A stretch of 63,999 nucleotides of DNA, the filler included, from Octopus bimaculoides (Eukaryota), in NCBI RefSeq assembly GCF_001194135.2. It is 8 parts of 8 records of this genome, joined end to end, with 100 filler letters (N's around TTAATTAATTAA, not from the genome) between each part and the next. Parts side by side here need not be neighbours in the genome. Positions count along the whole stretch, not along the records: positions 14,256 to 31,168 come from NC_069008.1; positions 31,269 to 37,320 come from NC_068983.1; 6 more parts are not named here. One strand, 5' to 3'. The notes beneath the pieces were generated by a model. It saw nothing but the letters and a program-made list of their open reading frames with translations, was not told the origin of the DNA and ran no database searches. The position numbers and the translations under genes are program-made. Positions 23,563 to 36,489 of this stretch are shown here, piece by piece; the stretch's first letter is position 1, and every line of letters begins with the position of its first letter.

Positions 23563-24059
23563 GGAGGCACAATGGCCCAATGGTTAGGGCAGCGAACTCG
23601 CGGTCATANNNNNNNNNNNNNNNNNNNNNNNNNNNNNNNNNNNNNNNNNNNNNNNNNNNNNNNNNNNNNNNNNNNNNNNNNNNNNNNNNNNNNNNNNNNN
23701 NNNNNNNNNNNNNNNNNNNNNNNNNNNGATCGGGGTTTCGATTCCCAGACTGTGAGTGTTTATTGAGCGAAAACACCCCAAGCTCCACGAGGCTCCGGCA
23801 GGGGATGGTGGCGAACCTTGCTGTACTCTTCCACCACAACTTTCTCTCACTCTTACTTCCTGTTTCTGTTGTGCCTGTAATTCAAAGGGCCAGCCTTGTC
23901 ACACTGTGTGTCACGCTGAATATCCCCGAGAACTACGTTAAGGGTACACGTGTCTGTGGAGTGCTCAGCCACTTGCACGTTAATTTCATGAGCAGGCTGT
24001 TCCGTTGATCAGATCAACTGGAACACTTGATGTCGTAAGCCACGGAGTGCCAACAACAA
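23563..24059 (+). mobile_element. SINE family D (tRNA-derived), spans a gap
   Basis: TGGCCCAATGGTTAGGGC..GTTTCGATTCCC head; homologous to 42125-42519 (-) and 54673-55057 (+). Confidence 0.85.
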
Positions 24060-24087
24060 TATATAAATACAGTACAAAACCAAGTTT

Positions 24088-24290
24088 CTAGTTTAATAAT
24101 TCTTTTATTTCTAAATTTTTTATGAAAAATCTATCTGCAGTTAACATCCCTCGACTGCTTGTCTCCTTCAAAAGAATTTTAAAGTTTTTCTTCCTTCTTG
24201 TACGACTTGAAGCCATATAAAGCTGACCGTGACTAAATACAGGAGTTGGCAAGTAAATCCCAACTTTTTCAAAGTGACATTTCCTTTCAG
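24088..24290 (-). mobile_element. Helitron PIF1 helicase C-terminal fragment
   Basis: FEKVGIYLPTPVFSHGQLYMASSR matches the Helitron helicase motif VGIxLxxPVFSHGQLYVAxSR. Confidence 0.85.
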
Positions 24291-25244
24291 TTGCGCTCTC
24301 CATTACTGAAACCAACCTAAACTCACAACTTAAAGCCATAAAAAGCAGTCCGTGACTTATAGTTGATGTAAAAACTCCCTATTCCAAATTTATTACATAA
24401 ATTTCTTAATATAAATATATTAGGCACATGTAGGAACTGTTGAATGTGTATTTATAAAATACTTTTCAACTGCAGTCATTTTATATTCTTGATACACTCA
24501 GGCAATAATCATTTTCCTTTAATGAGTTTGTATGTGTATATGTTTGTGTAGGTGTGTGTGATTGTAATAATTATTTTTAACAAAATAGATAGCATCATAT
24601 GGATAGTAAGCCAAATTAATACACTTGTCAATGTTATCTAGTGGTTGTCTTTTGAGATGTGACATCAATCATCGTTTGTTACTCAAAGAACGCTGGTTCA
24701 CACATACTTCCCTTGTACACGCACACACATACACACGTATACTCACACAGAGTTGAAACGCTGTTTGATTTTTCTTTTCAGTGTTGAATGTTCACCATCC
24801 CACTTCCATTGCACACACACACACACAGATATTCACATACCTCCCTTTTACATATACTCACACAAAGTTGAAACGCTCCCACTACCAGTTTGCCATCACC
24901 CCTTCCTTTCTCATTCATATGTTGTGACGGAGAAAAACACAAGAGTATTATTGTAGATTATATAATTTTGAATTTGTTTTGTGAGAATTTTGGTCTGAAA
25001 CTTTGTTGAAACAGATATTGTTACATTTGGCTGGAGTCATTTCTCTGCATTTAATAGCTGGAAATAAATGTTGGTCGATATGAAAATATTTCAAGTGCCA
25101 AAAATGAACATCAACTATTTTGGAAAAAAGCGAAAGTGAAATAAATTAAGTTGAAAAGAAAGTCTTGTCACATTCCTAGATGGGAATTGAAACCTGCTTC
25201 TTTGGTTTTCATCAAGGTAGTATTTCCCCTCATTCAAGGTAGTA

Positions 25245-25445
25245 AACTGGTGTAATTGTTAACATGCTGGGCAAAACAGAATTTTGCCCATCTTTATGTT
25301 CTAAGTTCAAATGCCACCAAGGTTGACCTTGCCTTTTATCCTTTCGGGGTCAATAGAACAAGTACCAGTTGAATACTGGGGGTTGATGTAAATTGACTTA
25401 CCCCTTCCCCAGACTTGCTAACCTTGTGCCAAAATTTGAAATCAA
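25245..25445 (+). mobile_element. SINE family B, diverged
   Basis: GTTCAAATGCCACC..CCTTTCGGGGTCAATAGAACAAGTACCAG..CTTGTGCCAAAATTTGAAA. Confidence 0.7.
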
Positions 25446-27004
25446 TGTTTCCTTTAACTATTGTTATCGTAATTCCATTTATTTGACAAATTGTTGATTT
25501 CTTGGATGTAAAATTCTTCAGGTTTTAAAGCAGAGAAACACACACTATCTATCATTTTTAACCTCTTCACAATTAATAAGCCATTTTCTCTTTAAATCAA
25601 GAGTTCTCAACCACTTTTTAGCTAAGGACCCCCTTGATTACTATTTTATTCTGGTGGACCCCCATAGCCATTCAATGTTTAACCCCTAACTCGTCTTCAC
25701 CCAATTTGTCTTTTTCAGTGTTCGATGAATAAACTCGTCCAAAACATTTAATTTCAAAAACAACCACAGACAAGAGTTTATACATCAATTATTAGTATTT
25801 CTTGTTTTTTTTTTTAATTACACCCATATCAAGCTCAGAAGAATAACTATATATAAAAAAAAAGATTTTTGAGAAGACATGCTAAAAAAAAGAGTAAAAT
25901 AAATGTGTAATTCCCCTTTAATTTTGATGATAAAGTTGGAAAAAAAAAGTAATAAAAAAGGCCGTTGCCAGTACCGCCTGACTGGCCTTCGTGCTGGTGG
26001 CACATAAAAGCACCCACTACACTCTTGGAGTGGTTGGCATTANNNNNNNNNNNNNNNNNNNNNNNNNNNNNNNNNNNNNNNNNNNNNNNNNNNNNNNNNN
26101 NNNNNNNNNNNNNNNNNNNNNNNNNNNNNNNNNNNNNNNNNNNNNNNNNNNNNNNNNNNNNNNNNNNNNNNNNNNNNNNNNNNNNNNNNNNNNNNNNNNN
26201 NNNNNNNNNNNNNNNNNNNNNNNNNNNNNNNNNNNNNNNNNNNNNNNNNNNNNNNNNNNNNNNNNNNNNNNNNNNNNNNNNNNNNNNNNNNNNNNNNNNN
26301 NNNNNNNNNNNNNNNNNNNNNNNNNNNNNNNNNNNNNNNNNNNNNNNNNNNNNNNNNNNNNNNNNNNNNNNNNNNNNNNNNNNNNNNNNNNNNNNNNNNN
26401 NNNNNNNNNNNNNNNNNNNNNNNNNNNNNNNNNNNNNNNNNNNNNNNNNNNNNNNNNNNNNNNNNNNNNNNNNNNNNNNNNNNNNNNNNNNNNNNNNNNN
26501 NNNNNNNNNNNNNNNNNNNNNNNNNNNNNNNNNNNNNNNNNNNNNNNNNNNNNNNNNNNNNNNNNNNNNNNNNNNNNNNNNNNNNNNNNNNNNNNNNNNN
26601 NNNNNNNNNNNNNNNNNNNNNNNNNNNNNNNNNNNNNNNNNNNNNNNNNNNNNNNNNNNNNNNNNNNNNNNNNNNNNNNNNNNNNNNNNNNNNNNNNNNN
26701 NNNNNNNNNNNNNNNNNNNNNNNNNNNNNNNNNNNNNNNNNNNNNNNNNNNNNNNNNNNNNNNNNNNNNNNNNNNNNNNNNNNNNNNNNNNNNNNNNNNN
26801 NNNNNNNNNNNNNNNNNNNNNNNNNNNNNNNNNNNNNNNNNNNNNNNNNNNNNNNNNNNNNNNNNNNNNNNNNNNNNNNNNNNNNNNNNNNNNNNNNNNN
26901 NNNNNNNNNNNNNNNNNNNNNNNNNNNNNNNNNNNNNNNNNNNNNNNNNNNNNNNNNNNNNNNNNNNNNNNNNNNNNNNNNNNNNNNNNNNNNNNNNNNN
27001 TTAA

Positions 27005-27348
27005 AGAGGCGCAGGAGTAGCTGTGTGGTTCCGGGTTCAGTCCCACTGTGTGGCACCTTGGGCAAGTGTCTCCTACTATCCTACTACAGCCTTGGGCCGA
27101 CCAAAGCCTTGTGAATGGATTTGGTAGACGGAAACTGAAAGAAGCCCATCGTATATATATATATGGGTGTCTGTATGTGTCTGCGTTTGTCCCCCCAACA
27201 TTGCTTGACAACCGATGCTGGTGTGTTTAAGTCCCCATAACTTAGCGGTTCGGCAAAAGAGACCGCTAGCATAAGCACTGGGGCCGATTTGCTCGACTAA
27301 AGGCGGTGCTCCAGCATGGCCACAGTTAAATGACTGACACAAATAAAA
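27005..27348 (+). mobile_element. SINE family A copy
   Basis: Head, short internal (TA)n and tail as at 22481-22875. Confidence 0.8.
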
Positions 27349-28171
27349 GAAGGTAGAAATTAATGCTTAGGTTACTGTAAGTATTGAAAAAGTATTCTCA
27401 ACGTGGACATGTCAAAAACAGGACAAGACTTTCTTTCCAATTTAGTAGACAAGCAACTAATGAGTTTGTTAATTGGTTTTATTAATCACTAGCTTAAAAA
27501 CCGCCCTATCAGAGAGCTCTTCATTAGGCATTGAGTACATATTAAATTTTATTAAACTTGGACAATATTTTTCAAGCAATGAACAGTTTTCATCAAAGCA
27601 ACGATATAATTTCTGGACTTGGAACTTATTGCAAAGCTGCCTGATAAACAATAGTACCACCACCATTGCCACCCCATCTACCATACACAAACCATTCAGA
27701 CTTCTGATGCTACCACCATCAATACCTTTGACTTTGTTGCCTTCCCCTCCACCACAATCTTTCACATCACTTACTCCCATCCCCAACCACCTCGGCTACC
27801 ATCATTACCATCGTCACCGCCACCTCCACCTCTCACAACTACAGCCCATACTATTACTATCACACCATTACCATCACAAAAAGGATGTGTATGTTCGTTC
27901 AGCATCTTGGTTAAGCGTTCAGTCCCTCTTTCTCTCTCTCTCTTATTACTCCCACTGCCACCATCAACACTACTACTACTTTTAATAAAAACATCATCGA
28001 CTCTCCCTAAATTTCTTTGTCTCTCTTTCTCTCTCTGTCTTCACCACTGCGCTCACTGTCTCTATGCCTACTAATTACTCTCACCCCAACATGAGCAATA
28101 GTAGGAGTGTCAATGAATAGTGAGGCAGGGGTTGGAGTGTGACACAGAAATTAGATTAGAGTGTTATCTTG

Positions 28172-28666
28172 TGAAGGCACATAGCTTAATGGTTAGTGTA
28201 TTGGGTTTACAATCATGAGGTACTGAGTTCGATTCCCGGACCAGGCTGTGTTGTTTTCTTGAGCAAGACACTTTGATTTCACGTTACTCCAGCTCCCTCA
28301 GCTGTAGAAATGAGATGTGACATCACTGGTGCCAAGTAACATCTGCATTTGCCTTTCCTTTGGATAATATCGGTGACATGGAGAGGTGAGCCTATTGGTC
28401 TGTTATTTTGAAAAGAACATAAGTGTACTGCAAGCGTAAAAAGGTTGCAGAGCAATGGTATAAATGGTAAAAAAAGTAATGACCCTCTTTGATCATGAAT
28501 AACCATGGGATTGCACCTAGAAAGTTTCCCTCTGAGGTACAAGTCTGGGCAAGGTTGTTTATGGAAGACCAGCAGTTGCCCATGCATACCAGCCTCCTCT
28601 CTCCACGCCACCGATGTTACCAAAGGGAAAAGCAAAGGCCGATACAGCTTGGCACCAGGGACATGG
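28172..28666. mobile_element. Two SINE family E pieces in opposite orientation (28172-28392 +, 28480-28666 -)
   Basis: Both align to 12173-12480; the overlapping segment forms an inverted repeat. Confidence 0.75.
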
Positions 28667-28880
28667 GATTTCGATATCACATTTGTTGAAAGCATGCAAA
28701 ATAACGGGGAAAAGAAAAAATACGCATGAAACAAAATTCCATTGCTGGGAAACTCAGAGTAATATATTAAAAGTCAGCTTGAAGCTTGCTTGCAATGTTA
28801 CGCAGCCAAACTGGTGCATAATGAGGTTTTTAAATTCTGATGGCTGTTGTGGAATATAATGTATTTTGAAAATGATGCAG

Positions 28881-29996
28881 TCACACTTTAGAGTGGATAG
28901 ATATGTGTGTAGTTAAGTGACCTCTTTGAGTAAATGATTTACCACAGACATCACAGTGAAATGGCTTCTCTCCTGTATGAATACGTTTGTGTCTAGTCAA
29001 GTGACAGCTTAAAGAGAATGATTTACCACAGATATCACACTGATATGGCTTCTCTCCTGTATGAATACGTTTGTGAGAAGTTAAGTCGCTACTTCCAGAA
29101 AATGATTTACCACAGATATCACACTGATATGGCCGCTCTCCTGTATGAACACGTTTGTGAATAGTTAGGGCACTTCTTACAGAAAATGATTTACCACAGA
29201 TATCACATTGGAATGGCTTCTCTCCTGTATGAATACGTTTGTGAGTAGTTAAGTCACTACTTGCAGAGAATGCATAACCACAAATATCACATTGAAATGG
29301 CTTCTCTCCTGTATGAATACGCTTATGAGATTTTAAGTCACTACTTCCAGAAAATGATTTACCACAGATATCACAGCAATAGGGTTTCTCTCCAGTATGA
29401 GCACGCTTGTGTCTTCTTAAGAAACTAGTGTCAGAGAACAATCTGCCACATATATCGCAGTGATATGGCTTCTCTCCTGTATGAATACGTTTGTGAGTAG
29501 TTAAGGCACTACTATCAGAGAATGCTTTACCACAAATATCACAGGCATATGGCCTTTCCCCTGTATGAACACGTTTGTGAATAGTTAAGATATGATTTCT
29601 AGCAAATGATTTACCACATATATCACAGTGAAATGGCTTTTCTCCTGTATGAATACGCTTGTGATTAGTTAAGGCGCTTCCATCAGAGAATGCCCTGCCA
29701 CAGATATCACAGTGATATGGTTTCTCTCCTGTATGAAAACGTTTGTGTATTGTTAAGTCACCACTTCTAGAGAATGATTTACCGCAGATGTCACAATGAT
29801 AGGGTTTCTCTCCCGTGTGAACACGTTTGTGAGTTGTCAAGTCACTACTCCCAGAGAAAAATTTACCACAAACATCACAGTGAAACGGCTTCTCACCTGT
29901 ATGAGTACGCTTATGTCGAATTAAGTTACGAGTATCGGTGAATGATTTACCACAGATATCACAGTGATATGATGATTTTTGAGTATCATTCGACAT
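28881..29996 (-). CDS. C2H2 zinc-finger protein, 13 tandem fingers, essentially fingers only (371 aa)
   Basis: Uninterrupted ORF, 13 CxxC-x12-HxxxH units with TGEKP/TGERP linkers starting 9 aa after the ATG. In-frame stop upstream; strong acceptor TTTCTTTATTATTTCAG on the minus strand ending at 30359. Confidence 0.95.
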   Translation of the reverse strand: MSNDTQKSSYHCDICGKSFTDTRNLIRHKRTHTGEKPFHCDVCGKFFSGSSDLTTHKRVHTGEKPYHCDICGKSFSRSGDLTIHKRFHTGEKPYHCDICGRAFSDGSALTNHKRIHTGEKPFHCDICGKSFARNHILTIHKRVHTGERPYACDICGKAFSDSSALTTHKRIHTGEKPYHCDICGRLFSDTSFLRRHKRAHTGEKPYCCDICGKSFSGSSDLKSHKRIHTGEKPFQCDICGYAFSASSDLTTHKRIHTGEKPFQCDICGKSFSVRSALTIHKRVHTGERPYQCDICGKSFSGSSDLTSHKRIHTGEKPYQCDICGKSFSLSCHLTRHKRIHTGEKPFHCDVCGKSFTQRGHLTTHISIHSKV

Positions 29997-30490
29997 CTCT
30001 TTAATGAATACAAAACTCTGAACCTTTAGTTTGTCACAGTATAAAACTTTTCTCTTCTCACCACAATATATAGTTTTCCCGTTTTCCTTTTTATAGTGTC
30101 TTCCTTAAAGATATCGCCTCTGCTGTCAAATAGGATCTTTATCAATAACTAAAATGTTGCAAACTCCTTCACAAATATTTTCAAGGTTAATTTGAAAACA
30201 AAAATACTAGATTACAAGATACAGAAATGTTGCTACGACTTCACAGTAATTCAACCATAGATGTACAGCAGCAGGAATATATCTGTTCTATAAAGCATTT
30301 TCCTTCAGTCTTTAAAACATGATAAATATTCCAGATGTATCCAATGTCATCCATTAATCTGAAATAATAAAGAAACAGTATTAGATGTAGAGAAGAGATC
30401 AAAATGGCAATGTTACATTTCTATATTAGTAAATTACATTATATGACATTGTGTAACATTATATATATCATCACTATTTCATTTTTTCTT

Positions 30491-30821
30491 CATCATTTAA
30501 CCTCCGTTTTCCTTGCTGGCATGGGTTGGACAGTTTGACTGGAGACTGGCAAGCCAGGTGGCCACACCAGGCTCCAGTTTCTACAGTTGGATGTCCTTCC
30601 TAAAGCCAACCACTCCGAGAGTGTAGTGGGTGCTTTTTACATGCCACCGGCACGTGAACCAGTCAGGCAGCACTGGCATCGGCCACATTCGGATGGTGCC
30701 TTTTACATGCCAACATGTGACTACACGAAATTCAACTCTATACTTTAAGAAGTGTCTTTTACTATAGCCTCGGGCTGACCAAAGCTTCAAGAGTAGATTT
30801 GGTAGATAGAAAAAGAAGCCC

Positions 30822-30883
<62 letters not shown>

Positions 30884-31090
30884 TATTTTTATGTGTGTTT
30901 ATCCCCCTACCAACATTGTTTGACAACTGATGTTGGTGTGGTTGCGTCCCTGTAACTTAGCTGTTCAACAGAAGAGACTGATAGAATAAGCACCAGGCTT
31001 ACAGGGAATAAGTCCCAGGGTCGATTTCTTCGACTAAAAGGTGGTGCTCCAGCATGGCCACCGTCAAATGACTGAAACAAGTAAAAGAAT
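30491..31090. mobile_element. Family C copy (30491-30715, antisense) and 5'-truncated SINE family A (30750-31090, +)
   Basis: Match to other copies in the window. Confidence 0.75.
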
Positions 31091-31268
31091 ATTCCCTACC
31101 ACTGTATAACTACAGATTTCTGCCCCACCCATCGACTTTGGATGGTCGTAACGTTCAGACAAATGGATNNNNNNNNNNNNNNNNNNNNNNNNNNNNNNNN
31201 NNNNNNNNNNNNTTAATTAATTAANNNNNNNNNNNNNNNNNNNNNNNNNNNNNNNNNNNNNNNNNNNN

Positions 31269-31316
<48 letters not shown>

Positions 31317-33054
31317 TACTTATAAATATGCATGTGCATTTCAAAGAATAACAGCAGTCAAACAATGTCGGTGGTATTTCGAATAAGGATTTCTTACAGC
31401 TGCTTCAATAATTCTTACATCACACTATAATAACAAACATTTATATTGCTCTGTATTTATAAAGGATGTAAGAATCACATAAACAAGATAATGAAAATAT
31501 TAGTTTTAAAGATAATGATGATATAAGAAAATGAAACTACGAAAGCAATCTGAAACTGAGATATTCTTTAACATAAAGCGGTAAAAGATATACGTCTAAG
31601 CACAGGGATCAGTTTTCTTGTAAATCTGAACATCTTCAAAATTAGTGAGAAAAAATATTTACAGACAGCTGCTTTGAGACCTTCAGCTTCTATATGCATG
31701 CTAAACATTCACGTGTATACCAGTAAATGGTGCATTCGCTTAGTTAGTGTAATGTTTTTAGTAGCAATCTCAAAAAAACCCCCAAAAAACATTGAGTTGT
31801 CAAAGAAAGTAACCAGCTTACAAGTCCTTTGCAAATACAGTCTATGAGTGAAAGAATTATACAAGGGTGCTTTTTGCACCAAAAAGCCAATATGAGAGTT
31901 TCTCTCATGGTATCTACCGCAGTATAGTTTGTTCTAATAGAACATCCACGTTTAAGTAGGGATAAATATTACCTCTCCGTATTAATACTGCCTATGTCTC
32001 TAATACATATATTATTAACGAGCTAAATGGCTAATCACGACACCAGTGCCTGTTCTGGCACTGCTAACCTATATATCACTGGTGAGGGTATGAATCGCTG
32101 CAGCTTCTAATAGTCAAGTGTCCATCACTGACATGCCCAATCAATGTCGAAAGCACGTGATTTGTTGATATCGATGCTTAGGTTGCCGGGATTTATCTCC
32201 CTTCTAGCTATATAAACGAGTGTATTTTGCACCAAAATGCTGACATGAGAGATTTTCTCAAGGTCGCTGCCATAGTATAGTTTGAGCTAATAGAGCATCC
32301 ATGTTTAAGTAGGTATAAATTTTACCTTTTTATTAGTTTTATCTTTAATCCTTCATTGTTTTTGTTATCTTAATTTTAATGAAGTAGCTTTGGTTTCTTG
32401 TTATAAATCAACTCTTTTATACTACTAATTCGAAGAGTTTTTTTAAACATAGATAATATACACATATTTTAAAGTAGCTTGGGAGATCGTATAACGAGTA
32501 TAATATTGATATTGAAGGAAATGTGTTTTAATCGAATATGATATGCCTGAAGGTAACTGTTTAATGGTTATTGTCAGTAGCAGAACATGTTATTATGTAT
32601 GTGAATGGCTATTGAATGTTTAATGAAATTTCTGTATTTTTAGTTTATTTGACGACACATTTAAACTGTATGTATGAGAGAAGGGTTTTAAACACATCCT
32701 ATAAGAGTCTAGTACTCTCTTGCAATAACTCGACGAGCCTCAATACAGGAGCGCTCTGAACCAGAAATAATACTAAAAATCTCCATCAAATGATACTCCG
32801 GACCTTTAATATATAAGAATAATTTTGACAATGTTGTACCTGAGCTATGATAGAATGTAATGAACACGACTAGAACACATTTTATTTTCAATAATTTTGA
32901 AAACAACTGGAGATTATAAACGTAGACAACGGGTAAAATCTTTGTGCCAATGATTTAGGTTCAAATTCCTCCTTGGAAAATTTTATATAAGGCCTTTATT
33001 GGATCGATATATTCGAATATGCTCACATCTAAAATGTGTCTTTGTTAAAATTTA

Positions 33055-35248
33055 CACTGAACTGCACGATTATGTTTATTGGCTGTATGGTATCTTTTTT
33101 TCTGAATATATATGAAAAATAATGAGTCATTGTGTTTTTTATTCATCTCTATCACATCAGGTTGTCAAGTTATACGGAGACGTTAATTTTCCATTTTTGT
33201 ATAAGTAAATAATAAATTAAAATGCTTACCTTATATTGACTTAAATGTTATATGTAATATATTTTTCTTTATTTTCATTCTGTGAATATGTCTAGAGGCT
33301 GTATCAATTCACCAGATATATTCTGCAATGTCTCCTGGCAATTCACCCCTTCAGATTCCCGGAGCAATGTTACTCTTTGTTGAAGCGCTGCTATTTAGCT
33401 TATTTTGGTTGCAACCTGGAAGACCAGGACAAACCATTTTCACCTCACAAGGCTTGCAAGAATTGCATCAGTAAGCTTCAAATGTGGTCAGTTGGAAAAC
33501 TTAAATGTATCCCCTTTGGAGTACCAATGGTATGGCGGGAGTAGATGAACCACTATGATGACTGCTAGATTTGTTATGGCTAAAGCAGCTGGATTCAACA
33601 AGAAGACTAAAGATCGCATAATATACCCATGTATTCCTTCAGCAATAAAGCCTGTTCCACACTCATGATATTCCTGCACCTGTGCCACCTGAGGCACGGG
33701 AAATTTCATCAGAGTCTGATGGTAGTGATACTAATGAAATGGAAATAGATTATGAGCCACCAGCAAATGACAATCCCAAATTCTTCAACCAAGTTCAGCT
33801 CAATGACTTGGCCAGAAACCTTAACCTTCCAAAAGAAAGTGCACACTTACTTGGCTCTAGATTGCAGGAACACAAGCGTCTAGCTCCTGGAATAACATTC
33901 GCTTGGTACCGTCATCATGAAGCGGAATTCGCTCAGTTCTTTCAGAAAGAAGATTCTTTAGTTTCCTGTTCAAATATTGTTTGCCTTCTTGAACACATGG
34001 AAATGTCGTACAAAGTAGATGAACGGAAGCTCTGCATTGATTCTTCTCTACAAAGGCAACACAGCTGCATCTGTGCCAATTGGCCATAGTGTCCAAATGC
34101 CAGAAACTTTCGAAAATATGAAGACAGTAATAACTGCAATAAAGCACCATAATCACAATTTTCTCATTTGTGATGATTTAAAAGTTATTGCTCTCCTACT
34201 AGGTCTTCAGGGGGAATACACTAAGTATCCCTGTTTTCTGTGTCTTTGGGATAATAGAGTGGACAGACAACACTATGAACAAAATGACTGGCCACCAAGA
34301 ACCAGCTTCTCACCTGGAAATCACAAGATGAAAGTCGTGCCACTATATGACTTCCCCAAAATTCTGCTGCCACCACTCCACATCAAATTAGGGTTTATGA
34401 AAAATTTTACGAAGGTTCTGGACAACAATGGAGCTGCTTTCAAGTACCTGAAGTCAAAGTTTTCTCGTATAAGTGAGGGCATGCTAAAAGCAGGAATCTT
34501 TGTTGGCCCCCAAATTCGAAAATTGATGAGGGACAAGTATTTTAAGGAAGCATTAGTAGGTGTCGAAGTGAAAGCCTGGTTTTCCTTCAAGAAAAATGTT
34601 CAAAACTTCTTGGGAAACAGCTGCTCCCCAGAGTATGAAAAAATGATCCAAGACTGACATCAGGTTTCCAACAACTTGGGTCTAGAATAAGTGTGAAGAT
34701 GCATTTTTTGCACTCGCAGCTTGACTATTTTCCCAAGAACTGTGGGAACTACAGTGAGGAACAAGGAGAGCGGTTCCATCATGACGTTTGCACCATAGAA
34801 TACCAGGGCATATGGAATGTCAGCATGATGGCGGGTTACTGCTTGCCGTTGAAACGTGATGCACAACACATGCGGAAATCAAAGCGGTCCTCCTTCCTTT
34901 GAATGAATGTGTAGGCTAACCATTAGGAGCATATTTTTTACATTCATTTGATTTGATGTTGATAATTCTGATTCATTTCATCATGAACGTGGTTCATTTC
35001 ATGTTGATTTGGAAAATATATGTTCTTAAAATTAACAGAATGTGTTTTTCCTTGATTACTTGCTTTTATTAAAGTAACAGTTTATTAAAGATTCACATTT
35101 TTTATTATTATTAATTTGTATTTTATTCAGCATCCTTATGTGACAGCGCAACATGGTTTAGATATTTAAAATAAGCAACCCAAGAATATGTAACATTACA
35201 TCCATAAATAGAAATAAAAAAAAAGAAATTCCCAAAAGCAGACCAGCG
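33055..35248 (+). mobile_element. Chapaev3-like (CMC group) DNA transposon, near full length, transposase pseudogenised
   Basis: TTA|CACTG at 33052-33059 and CAGCG|TTA at 35244-35251. Transposase remnants from ATG 33288 to TGA 34902: CxNSPDxFC..DQDKP..CKNC..FGVPMVWRE..FNQxxLNDL..IDSS..DDLKVI..YPCFLCLWD..PPLHIKLG..MHFLHSQLDYFP..SEEQGERFH..MMAGYC. Confidence 0.78.
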
Positions 35249-35736
35249 TTATAAGCAAATTACAGTTTTTCACACATCCGCTATATTAAAAGTAATTACT
35301 TTGCTTGTTGAATATAAAAATAAAGTTGATCACCTACCACTGCTTTTGTTTTCGTTTTCGTTTTAATACTGACTTATAAAACAGCATTCTTAAACGAAGG
35401 CACAGCTGTGTCTTTAATCTAAGCGGTTTACTTTGCAATTAAATAGTTTCGACTTTAAATCCCACTAAATATCTTGCTTCCGTGCAAAGGGCTGTGCATG
35501 GAGGTATTACGAGAACATGCTTCAATCTTCTTCAACATACGACTAAGGAGAGTCGAAATTTTAAGGTTTTAGTTGCGCTTGCAGAAATACTATATTTTAT
35601 CATGGAATTGTTTTCACCTTCGCTCTTTTATATATACATACAATACACACACACATACATACATACGTACATAGTATACATACACACACACACATACATA
35701 CATACATACATACATATGTACACACATACATGCACA

Positions 35737-35798
<62 letters not shown>

Positions 35799-35805
<7 letters not shown>

Positions 35806-36093
35806 AATGAAAAGAGAAAATAAAGCTTCTAGCAATGGAGAAAGTTTTTCAAAAACCTTCACATTTCAGGCGCAAGGGCCCATTCTCAGAAGGAAGCAGT
35901 TCAGGAAATGCCCAGTTAAATCAATTCCGATACTTTGCTGCCGAGGAGTTTCAGTAAGGTAACGGAATCGGTGTAACTGGACATTTCCCGGGCAGCTTCT
36001 TTCTGAGGATGGGCTCTTGCGCCTGAACTATGAAGAATTTTGTAAAACTTTCTGCATTGTTAGAAGCTTTGTTTTCCCTTTTCTTTTCCTTCT
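35799..36093. repeat. Long imperfect inverted repeat (arms about 138 bp, loop about 20 nt)
   Basis: AGAAGGAAA..AAAGCTTCT..TCAGGCGCAAG..CCAGTTA..TTCCG pairs with CGGAA..TAACTGG..CTTGCGCCTGA..AGAAGCTTT..TTCCTTCT at about 80% identity. Confidence 0.9.
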
Positions 36094-36489
36094 TCTGTGC
36101 TACAAACTACAATGCATCGAGCGAACTACAATATATATACATATACGAAAATATTTCCGTCATTTCCAGACGTAATTGAATTATTGTATTGTATGAATCT
36201 AACCTTTAAGATGTTTTCCGATTAACATTTCTACTGTATGATCTGCTGGTTTAATGTCTGCTCTCCATATTTTATTTAACTAGCATTTTCTATCCAAAGT
36301 CCACCCAGTCTTCAGGTTGATTTGATTATTCTAACGTCGATTATGTTTGTGCTGCTTTTGTTAGTATATGATTTTTTTCCCGTATGTTGGCATTTCCGAG
36401 AAAAGACTATCAGAGATTACTGAATTGAATTCTATACTTTCGAACTGGATGAATCTACAATTCGATCTATCACCATTTCAAACCACATT

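Noticed and set aside
32709-32906. 65-aa minus-strand ORF with protein-like composition
   Set aside because: No recognisable motif and no clear splice donor; cannot be supported without a homology search.
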